The notes under the pieces were generated by a model. That model made no database searches, was not told where the DNA came from, and worked only from the letters and a program-made list of their open reading frames with translations. From Mytilus trossulus (taxonomy: Eukaryota): DNA of 64,000 bases. Shown here piece after piece: positions 38,600 to 50,170 of this stretch; within the stretch, counting starts at the first letter, position 1, and every line of letters begins with the position of its first letter. Location of the stretch: NCBI RefSeq assembly GCF_036588685.1, contig NC_086380.1:13392001-13456000 (forward strand), read 5' to 3'. The position numbers and the translations under genes were made by a program.

Positions 38600-41237
38600 G
38601 GGACAATACCCCTAATGCGCCTTGAAATGAGGAACACAAAAGTCACGTGTAAACAAAAAATCTCTGTGTAGTGATATTTGACCCATTTCTATGATACACA
38701 AATAACTGAGCTGAACCATTAGTGTTAATTTAGAAAATAAGAGAACACAGAATAAATGTGTAAAAACCATGGAGCTATGAAATGTGTTCAAAGTATTAAA
38801 ATTTCAAAGAACTTATTGTGTTAAAATTGGGATTTTTTACCATGAGGAGCGACATCGCAAAAGGATACTCGGGGTTTGCTAAATTACGGAAAAATGAATC
38901 ACACTTCGTACCCCGAAAATTTAACCACATATGTAAAAATGTCTCAGCTTCGAAACAAGCCATCATACATATACAAGTTTACGATATGGGCTGAGCAACA
39001 GAAGAAAACGTTACCATTACGGCCTATGGAATAACAATTGCGCATATTGCCCCATCTTGTGAGAAAAAATCCAGAGATGTCTTAAGCTTATTTCACCTTG
39101 TACACCACAGAAAATTGTTAAAATGATGGTTAGTAGTTTTTTATTTATACCTAGTTATCATAAATGATTTCAGATAAATATTATTGATAAAGAACAGCAA
39201 AAATTCAATAAAATTTTCACTTTTAAATGCATTACTGGCACGGGGCTGAACACTTTTTTTAGGCACAGTCATAACTTTGTTTACCCCCGAGAGATCCGAA
39301 ATGAATTGTTTATTCAATTGAAAAAGGCAAGAAAAAACTTACATGTAATATAAATAAATTGTAAGTAAACATGACACAATATAGTCTTTGTTATGCAATT
39401 ATCACTCTGGTCTACAGGAATAGCTTATAATCAAGGGAGATAACACACTTCACACGAGTAAAGTGAGATACATCATACATGTGCTTTTATCCAATGATTT
39501 GACCCTGGTCAGTAGATATCATATGCAAATAAACAGAAAAAAAACATGTACATGTATGAAGAAAATCACGAATTACTATTGTTAATGCACATGAGCAAAA
39601 CACAAGATATTGTCATTTCTCAATGAAAAAGGGGGAGGGTCAAACCTTCTTGAACACAATATTGCTATTCAACTACATGTATTAAGCTAGTTAGCTACTA
39701 CTCATTGCTTCTAATATAAACAGTTTAAATGAAGGTGGCTAAGCCACAAGGGAGAAGCATTTTTCTTTCTTTGTGATAAAATTTTCAAGAATTAGATTTT
39801 TCTCTCTCAATAATACTTATGTATTTAAATTAAATGATAACACAGTTTGAGTTAATTTTTTTTGTCTTATTTCAGTTCCAGACATATCATTACTTTTAAA
39901 TATGAGATGACAAACTAAAGGTTTTAAAAAGTCCTGAATAACTGGTAAGCATTTTGATTTATTAGGTAAGCTCTAAATTATTTATTTATGGTATTTGTGC
40001 AAATGAAATTACAGTCGGTATGTTAGAAATATGCTTATATGAAAACTGTTGCTATATATGGTCTTGCTATTAAATGAAAAGGCTTGGTTACTGGTCTTTT
40101 CGACTCAACATTTCGAGTTAAATCTTGCGTCAACTGATTCTCATGTAACACTGCAAACTCTATTTAGCACTATTTTGATCTGTCATTATTTAATGACGCC
40201 ATAATACGTGTGATGTCATGTGGATTTCTCACTGATAAAGGGTTTTCATTGAAAAACATGTAAAAAGCCTTTTTTTCTCAAATAGAATTATGTGAATGGA
40301 CAAGTTTTGAAAATTTGTACTTCATTGCACTCTAATTACATGATAAGAATTACTTTCCCAGTAGTTTTGAGGGGTTTCCACAGTATTATATACCAGATGT
40401 CCACTAGTAAGAATAGTTATTTTGCTGGTGTTTTTTTTATGAAATCTACATTTTTGCATAATTTCTCTGTCAAAATGCACTTTAAGACACAAGAAAATGT
40501 TATAGAATGCTTTAATAGGGTCTGTGTATTGTTATTTAAGGTTATCATCAGAAGTTTTGTCCTTGTTTTGACTAGTAAAGGTATACTGGAAGAAATTAAT
40601 TATACATGCACGTTGTATTAAAAATAAATGAATATAGCGATAAAAGTGTCATTGCCATATAGTGCTGAAATGACTTTATTTTTTTTCAGAAATGGACAAA
40701 AATACACAGATTTATTCAGAATGTCATACCGATGAAGATCACCTAAAAATATTTGGAAAAATCAGAACTATGGATTTCAATATGGGACAATACCCCTAAT
40801 GCGCCTTGAAATGAGGAACACAAAAGTCACGTGTAAACAAAAAATCTCTGTGTAGTGATATTTGACCCATTTCTATGATAAACAAATAACTGAGCTGAAC
40901 CATTAGTGTTAATTTAGAAAATAAGGGAACACAGAATAAATGTGTAAAAACCATGGAGCTATGAAATGTGTTCAAAGTATTAAAATTTCAAAGAACTTAT
41001 TGTGTTAAAATTGGGATTTTTTACCATGAGGAGCGACATCGCAAAAGGATACTCGGGGTTTGCTAAATTACGGAAAAATGAATCACACTTCGTACCCCGA
41101 AAATTTAACCACATATGTAAAAATGTCTCAGCTTCGAAACAAGCCATCATACATATACAAGTTTACGATATGGGCTGAGCAACAGAAGAAAACGTTACCA
41201 TTACGGCCTATGGAATAACAATTGCGCATATTGCCCC
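38600..41237. mobile_element. Composite element: two 454-bp direct repeats (38600-39053, 40784-41237) around 1.73 kb of cargo, AACT TSD
   Basis: Repeats differ at only two positions seen by eye. Each has imperfect GGGACAATA/TATTGCCCC ends. AACT at 38596-38599 and 41238-41241. Confidence 0.85.
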
Positions 41238-44200
41238 AACTCTCTGAACCGTGTGAAGTTCATTGTCGTTGTTTTTTAGTTTGTCTGTTTTCGGTTGAGT
41301 CAGGTGTACATGTTGTTCGTGGGGGTTGTCGAATGTACTTTCCAATATTTTGTTAATAAGTTGTATTATTTTTTTCTCTGTATTCTTATTTTACGCAGGT
41401 TCTTTTGTGATACTTTATCGAGATCAACTTGCTGGAAACTGGTTTGCTTTACAAGATTAGTGGGCAGACGATCGCAAACCTCTGTGAAATACAGTAAGAC
41501 AATAGACAAATCATTACAAAGTATAGGGAATTCGGTTATTTCTGCCTCACCTGTATTATTATATCTTCATAAGTGAACCCGATTTTTGTGACTATGACAC
41601 ACATTTACGCCCTGCAAATCAGCCGTATATATGTACAATAAATCTTCATCGAAAGGTAGTACTCATGGAATGTCACGTATGCAAGTATCTCATCGTTTTT
41701 TTTTATATTATTCTAAATATCATACATTCACTTAAAAAAGCTTAGATATGTGCTGACAAGTGTCAAGTATGTTAACGTATCCATGAACTGGCATTTGACT
41801 ACTGCTAATAATCAATGAACTTTGACAACTGCAAGTCGGATGGAGATATGTGTTCTTTTTCGTTTTAATTTTCACAGCTAAAAGTTATCATAATTATACA
41901 AAAACTAGAAAAGATACAAGGTAGACAGTACAAACAAAGGACAATTGAGCAACAGACATTTGAATGAACAAAAGGAAGAAAGTCGAATACAAAACAGTAG
42001 ACATGAACTAAACTTTGATCACCACGATTCCTCAATCCAAAAACGGGGTAGATAGTTATCAAAGGTATAAGTCTTATAATTTAATACGCCAGACGCACGT
42101 TTCGTCTTCATAAGACATATCAGTTACGCCTAGATCAAAAAAGTTATAAAGCCATCAAGTACAAAGTTGAAGGGCATTGAGGAACTATGAAATGTCAGAA
42201 AATTTTAACTAGTTTTACTATATTGACAATTGTGTTGATTATAGAGGTATATGACAATCTAACTAATTTCATACGTTTCGCCTTACTCGTTACTTTTCTT
42301 AATGTGTTTGAAACTGAAATTTACCCAAAGCGTGTATAAACAGGCTTTATAAATATATAAACGGAAGATATGTCCAGACCACTTAATGGCTCATGGAACT
42401 TAAAAAATGAAAAGCATCGATTTAAATAGCAAAATTATCTATAAAAAAACACCCTTCAGATATTTACAAAACATTTGATCCGACAGATTTTATGATCATT
42501 TTATATATCTTTTAATTAAACGTTAAACGTTTGCCTTTTAGCTTCTTTCTTCCATTGGTTGGAAAACTTCTACAGTAGCTTGATCTTTTTTTTTAGATAT
42601 TTCATTAATGTTTAGATAAATTTCACTATCATTTGACTATTTACAGGTGCCACATATGAAACAGGAGCTGCTTACCCTCCCGGAGCAATTGCGATCATCT
42701 TCTAGTTTTTGGTGGGGTTTGTGTTGCTTAGTCTTTAGTTCTCTATGTTGTGTCGCGTGTAATATTATTTCTCTGTTTGTCGCATATTATATACATAATC
42801 ACATTAATATTGTTAAAAAATGAACCGTATAGCTTATAGAAGCAAACATTTACAAAGTCAAAGCTGGGAAGTATTTCAATTTCAATCTTCAGACGTTCAC
42901 ATAATGTGATATGATAAGATTTCTCAGATTTCTGATGACTAAATGGAAGAGGAAATGCACAGTGATGCGATGAATTTATCTCAATAGTTTTAGAGTAATA
43001 TTGGCTTATCATTTTGTGATAATAAACAAACATAATATATATGTAATTAAGCGTAGAATTTAAAATCCGTAATGGTCTGTGTCAGCATTTACAGAAATAT
43101 AAAAGCAATTCAAATGGGAGGTTAATTATTTGCCAGAGTTTTACATTATCGGTTGGATTTATAATTTACAGAGTGTAAACTTCTAAGTGGACAGTAAACC
43201 GTCAACACATGGTGAAATTGTTTGCCAGGTCTCACGGCCACAAAACTTTCAAGCATGTTTTTTACTCAGACTCGAAAATCAACCATTCAAATTGCTCGAT
43301 TTCATTTTTCGAGCATGATTTTTGTGCTCAGTGCATTGAGCAAAGTTTTATGCCTTCAAGGCCAGAACTTTGATGTTTTGACTCTTTTCTAGATCACAGC
43401 TACCAATATCAAGATTACAGGACGGTATATTTTAACATGTGTGGTTTAGTTGTTGAATTCACTTTTTATTCACTGTTTATTTTTGTTTATACGTTTTTAG
43501 TTTTTGTTTTTTATTATGTCATTATAATTAAGTTGGCTCTGCTTTCAAATATCATTTTGTCGTTCAAGACTGTAGTCATCCTATTGTAGCTTGAATGTGA
43601 ATAATTTTTATTGTGTTTCATTTTTATGACATATGGCTTAAGGAGGACTTGTTCCTGACGAAAACTGTTATACCCCTTCCACATTTTATATAGATACATA
43701 GTCACACTATCGGACTCGTGTGCTGTGCATTGGTTATAGTTTCGGAAGATTCTGGTGGTTGTGGTCGAATGTACTTTCCAATACTTTGGAAGTTATAGTA
43801 ATCTTTAGTTGTATCATTTTTACTTACTGATTCTAATTCTACAGGAATTCTTTTGTGTAACTTAATCGAGATTGACTTGCGGGATAATCTCTAAACTGGT
43901 TTGCACTACAAGATAAGACAGCAGTCAATCGCAAAACTCCGCAAAAGACGATAGACGATAAACGAATCATTACAAACTGAAAGTAAAATCGGTCATTCTT
44001 CCTTCAAATATATTATACATATTCACATGTGATAACCTTGTAGTTCCGCTAGTACTACATGCATTTTGAACATGTATAAAAACGTGGTACCGATGTATTG
44101 GTCTATTGTTTTTTTTTTTCACACACATTTTCGCCCTGATTACCAGCCTGATATGCATAAAACAAATCAACATCAAAGGGTAGTATTTTTGAAATTTCAC

Positions 44201-45827
44201 TTATGCGGGTATCTTCTCGTTTATTTGACACACGCGTTCTTAATTGCAAGAAAATAAACTAAGATATGTACTGTACAAATATCAACTCAATGATATCTGT
44301 AACGTGTGAATATCAGTATACCCGGTATTATCATTGAACTAGTATATATTTGTTTCGGGGCCAGCTGAAGGACGCCTCCGGGTGCGGGAATTCTCGTTTC
44401 ATTGACGACATGTTGGTGACCTTCTGCTGTTTTGTTTTCTATGGTCGGGTTATTGTCTCTTTGATACATTCCCCATTTCCATTCTCGATTTTATCACTCT
44501 TACTACGAATATACAATTTGACAACTGTGAATATAGATAGGTGTTCTCTTCGTTATTTCACAGCAAAGTTACCATTTATTTATAATTTTTGAAAAAGAAA
44601 AAGCATGAAACAATGGAGAATCAGACCAGTTGATGAACAAAAAAAACCCAATCACACAAAAACAGTAGTCATAATACCAATCACCACTAATTCACCAACC
44701 AAAAAAACGGGGTAAAATTCTGTTATGGTCAAACTATTTGAACTAGTTTAACGGTATTGACAACTGTGTTGATAATAGAGTTATATGACAATTTAAATAT
44801 AAACACTAGTTACTGTTGATGTGTTTGAACTAAAAATAATCCGAAGCATGTATAAACAGACTTAATAGATCTGAAAGGTGAAGGTATAATAATGACACTT
44901 TATGGCCCCTAGAACTTACGAATAATAAGCATCGATTGTAAATCGATCAAATACTACCCTCGAATAATTAAAAAGACATTGGATTTGACAGATATCATGA
45001 TCTGTGTTTGTGGTTTTTTTTTTATTTTGCTAGCTGTTTGCCTTATGACTTCTTTCTTTTATTAATTTAAAAACTTCCATAGTACCTTGTTGTTTTAGAT
45101 GTTGTCATTAATCTTTAGATAAGTGTCAAGGGCTAGATATGAGTTTTTATAGTACCTTCTTATTTGGCTAATTCCAATGTATGCATTCATCAAACAATGC
45201 ATTTTATAGAACAATTTATTTTTCTTCAAATTTTAATAATTAATCAAGGTAAGAATATTTTACTATACTACTAATATTGAAAACCAAATACAAAGGGCAA
45301 TTCACGAACGCTACAAAGCAAAAATATAAGAAAGTGGACGAGAAAAAGTACCAGTTCATACTTTTTTTTGCTTAATAATACAGATATGGTCAGACACATG
45401 TTTTGAAATTTACTAAGGAGTCTTCCGCCTTTTATACTTCAAATAAATTGCGATACTTTGGCGACTGGACATGCTTGATGCAGAATGCATGTTACTGCAG
45501 ACAGTTTTGAAATCAGAAATAGATTATGCGTGGTATTTATAGTTTCTGGTGCTTTCCATTTTGCCCTTTTTGAAAAAAGATTAAAAAAAGTAAGAGCAGT
45601 TTAGCTAACACGTAAAGTCCTCACCAGAACACTTATAGAGAAATATAAGCAAATTATATTACACGTTAATTCCTGAACAGAACGCTTATAGAGTTGATTT
45701 AATTTTCATTTTCAATAAAACGATATTTAAATGTGTTCTTATAAAAACAAATGACTAAAAGTCGTTATTTTATATATCCAAATGTAGAATAATTAGGTGA
45801 CTATGTTCTGGATTATGCATGTGATCA

Positions 45828-45961
45828 TGACGTAATAAATGTTATTTGCATATCATGTGACTAATTCCTTCATTTCTCATGTAAATTCTTCCTGACGTAA
45901 TAATGTAATTTGCATATCATATGACTATTTTCTTCATTTCTCATGTAAATTCTTCCTGACG
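45828..45961. repeat. Two tandem ~65-bp units, each with TGACGTAA and the octamer ATTTGCAT
   Basis: TGACGTAA at 45828 and 45893. ATTTGCAT at 45844 and 45908. Confidence 0.85.
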
Positions 45962-48900
45962 CTTGTTATGAGTGCAATTTATATATATCACGTGACACGT
46001 TTTCTGAACTAACTAGCTAATCTGCTCGTCTTTTTTTTCCTTATTTTTTCTTCTTCATTAAAGCAAAATGGTCAGCATAAAAAACAGTAAATACAACACA
46101 AAAGCAACACGTAATGTTCTGAAAGTACACTTATAGAATTGATTTAATTTCATTTTCAATAAAACAAATATTCAAATATATTTTCATAAAAACAATTGAT
46201 GAATACTATAACTAACACAAAGTCTTCAGAGTTTGGACTAACTATTGGCAAAAGGCACTTTTTTATGACATTAACACTTTAACGTAAATCATTAGTGTGT
46301 TTTGTGGTCTACCTGTCTTGTCTCATATTATAAACGATCATACAAATTGTATATATCGCATATAATATACCTAATAACATTTGTTAAATATTGTTAATAA
46401 ATGAAAATTATAACTTATAAAAGCAAACACTTACAAAGTTAAAGCTGGAAAATACTCCAATATCAATCACACAATGTTATATGTTCATATTTCTCAGGTT
46501 TCCGATTATTAATTGCTGAAGGAAATGCACAGTGATGCGATGAATTTATCTCAGTAATTTTAGGGTAATATTGGCTTATCATTTTTTGTAATAATAAACA
46601 AACATAATAGACGTGTAATTGAGCGCATAATTTAGACTCAGTAGTACACTTTGTAAGTATTTACAGAAATAGAAAGGAAATTGGAAGTTATTTATTTGCA
46701 AGGTTTTTACATTTTTGGTGGGGTTTGTCATGTAAAGAGTGAAAAATAAACTGGCAAAAACATTGAAAAGATGTCTGAATTGAAAAAACAAAATGAACGT
46801 GAATTCGGTTATTCCTACTTCACCGATATCCTATATATTTATCTGTGATTACATTGTAGTTACTCTAGTACTATAAACATGTGAACATAATTGATACCGA
46901 ATTTTGCGACTATAACATATAGGGCGTAAATGTGTGTCATAGTCACAAAAAATGAATATAAAATGAATCTACATCGAATGCTAGGATTTGCGCAATGTTA
47001 ATTCTGCAAGTATCTCAACGTTCGTTTGACACAAGCGTTTTTTACATACAAGGACATACAATAAGATATGTCCAGTACAAATGTCAAGTCGGTGATATCT
47101 TTAACGTATGAATACTGGTATACCACTGTTATTAAGAATATGCACGTTGACACTTGTCCTTTCATATACTAAAATGTGTTCCTTTCGTTACTTCACAGCA
47201 AAGTCACCATAAATTTTGTGTGAACAGATGCAAGGTGGGCATAAATAGCATAAGGCACATGTGGATAAACAAAGGAAGAAAGACGAAGAGAAAAGAATAC
47301 GAAAGACATAATATTTAATTTGCATCAAAACTAATCCAACTAAAAACATGATCGAAACAGTCAGAAAATTGAATTTTATTGTACCATATTGATAATTGTG
47401 CTAAAATTAGAGATAATTTAATAACAAAACCGTCCTTAGTCCAATCGTTTACAGATTGTTCGTTATCCTGCTCTTCATTTGAGTTAATGGGGCATACTTA
47501 TGTGGAAGCAGACAAAAGAAAGCTGATTATTACATCAAATAGTAATATCATATTTTTTAAGACTCCTAAAACATGCTTCAACAAAGTCAGTGTATTCGTA
47601 GATAGTAGATGTGTTTGTGTTCTGTTAAATTGTTCCCTGTAAAATTGTTATACGATGATGAATGATGTACCCATATTTAGACTATTTTAATCATTGTGTC
47701 TGTTTAATTTACGCATCAATGTAAATAAAACGGAATTTGACGAGACTGTTATTAAAGTGAGAGGGTTAGCGCTATTGAACCAGGTTTAATCCACCATTTT
47801 CTACATTTGAAAATGCCTGTGCCAAGTCAGGAATATAACAGTTCTTTTTCATTCGTTTTTGATGCGTTTTGTTATTTGATTTTGCCATGTCATTACGGAC
47901 TTTCCGAATTGATTTTCCTCTAAGTTCAGTATTTTTGTGATTTTACTTTTTAATAGTACCAATGCATCAGATTAAAAAAGTGTATGTATATAACAACAGA
48001 CAAAACAGAACATGTGTCACATGGTAAGGCGGACTCAGATGAAGCTTGGTACCAATAAAAATGCTCTTATTTTTAGTTGCTAAGTAAATTTGACGAAAAA
48101 AGTATTTTACATGTCGAAAAAAACCCAAGTATGAGACAAAAACTCTGTTGATTAGTAACAATAATAAAAAAAATAGTCGCGCATAATAAGTAACTAATAA
48201 AGAGTTTTGATTTGTAGCTTAAAAATGTGACAAAGATATGTTGAGCTTTAAAGCTTGTTGATCGTGACCTAAAACTGAAAAGCTTTTAATTTTTTTATTA
48301 CATTTAATTGAAAATAAAACAAACTGTTTAAAAGCTATACGAAGGCCACAATATATAAAAAAAGAATATAATGAAAAGAACATATCTGAGGTTAGATTTT
48401 TGTCTATATACTAATCACCTGCAAAACACAATACTTACTTATTCTGACACCGATATAGATGTACCTGTCGATTACAATGTATAGCCAATTATGATTGCGG
48501 GGGAGAGATAAGTATGCATAATAATAATCATCATTCTGGCATGTAATGTTAAACATACCACCCTGGCTGATCTTCAAATAGATTAAAGAACTAACCTAAA
48601 ACATTTAGATAGGTAAGTAAGATGTAATGATCCAGTTTGTTGGTGAAGGAAATATATAATGGTTAAAAAGTGAAGAAAAGTAGTATACAATGAAGCTATA
48701 ATCCCTCTTAAAATTAGAAAATGTGAACAAACATCAAGGTTCACTTAGGGCATAAAAACACCTATAAGTTTCAGCTTTATTATAAAATTTGAAACTGACA
48801 TATTTGGTTCTTAACTGGAACTATTTCAAAAGCAATACTACTTTTTTAAAATAAATCTCTTCATAGAAGTACATATGGCTTCAAAATTTGTACATTTTGA

Positions 48901-50124
48901 CCAATTTGTCAAAAAAGAAGTTTAAAGTAAATGCGAGTACTCTTAGAACTACATATTGTGTACTATGTCTTTTTGCTTTTTTTGTACTTCATACCTGATG
49001 ACTCGACGTATTTACATCTGATTTAACATTTTAGTTTTACGTTGTGTTGTTACACCACTGTACGAAATTTAAGCGTTCTGAACTTGCATTATCTAATATT
49101 GGAATCAGTAATTCAGAGTTTGATGTTTATTGCTGTGTATCATAATATGTTTTTTTTTTATCATATATATTATATATTGCACGAAGCAAGATATCCTATA
49201 AAGGAATAAAAAAAACAAATACAACTGGTCATAATGCAAAGGAAAATCAGCAAAACATAATGAAATCAATTTGGTCAAGAATATTACAGTTGCCATCCAT
49301 TCGTTTGATGTGTATGAGCTTTTGACATTTGATTAGGGACTATCCTTTTTGAATATCTCTCGGAGTTCAGTGTTTTTGGAGTATCATGTTGGTCATTCAT
49401 TCCATGTTGAATATGTCTAAGTAATGCTGATGTATCAATGAGTAATGCACTGAGCTAGTAACACTCTTCGAATGCTGATTTGTTTTCAACAAATGTAAAA
49501 GTAATTTGTCGTAGACGACCAGACAATATCATGACAAGAAAAAACGACGACCAACAATTTAAGCTTCAGGCTACGACCTACTTCAAATAAAACTTAAGAT
49601 AACACAATTTAAATCCACAATAAATCGGATAGCGTGGCGAAGTTAATGTTTCGTTTAAAACAATCGGTACTAACAGAATAGGATTAAATGTCTGCAATTG
49701 TGATGGGTGTGAAAGTTCTGTTATGTATACGATAAATAATTGATCTCTATTTATCTATTGTTCTATTACGATTGAAATTGCCATGGGACTATTTTGTGTG
49801 TTCTTCAATTAACCCTTGTCATTCTTTTTTGTCATTTCAATGAAATTTCACTGTAAGCACAAAAGACAAGCTAATCAGTCTGATAATATGTTGTCTATAT
49901 GCATAAGTTTGGATTAACTATTTAGGGCATGGTTATAAGAGTACGAATGAAAACGTACAAATGTGGGTAGAATTTTGGGTTTAAAATGTGGTGCACACTG
50001 TTAAATAACCCGCTACGCGCGTTATTTACTGTGCTTCAAATTTTTTATGTTATTTCTTCATAGACAGACAAATATTATAGTCATTCCTTTATTTGTTATC
50101 AAAAGTACCAAGATTATAATTTAG

Positions 50125-50170
50125 TATGCCCGACGCGCGTTTCGTCTACCTATGACTCATCAGAGACGCT
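50125..50170 (-). ncRNA. Minimal type I hammerhead ribozyme motif (core intact, partial stem I)
   Basis: Minus strand reads GCGUCU-CUGAUGA-GUC AUAGGUA GAC-GAAAC-GCGC-GUC-GGGCAU. Confidence 0.8.

Larger units (their letters stand above)
34540..47420. repeat. Four diverged tandem copies of a ~2.5-kb unit, each with different insertions
   Basis: Shared landmarks: ACAAAGTTAAAGCTGG (34677, ~42851, 46433); GACTATGACACACATTTACGCCC (~36785, 41590, 44120, 46905); TATTGACAATTGTG (37252, 42221, 44755, 47388). Confidence 0.85.

Noticed and set aside
48985-49015. Additional hammerhead at CTGATGA (also ~4865, ~33580, ~59830)
   Set aside because: No stem II followed by GAAA and no cleavage triplet.
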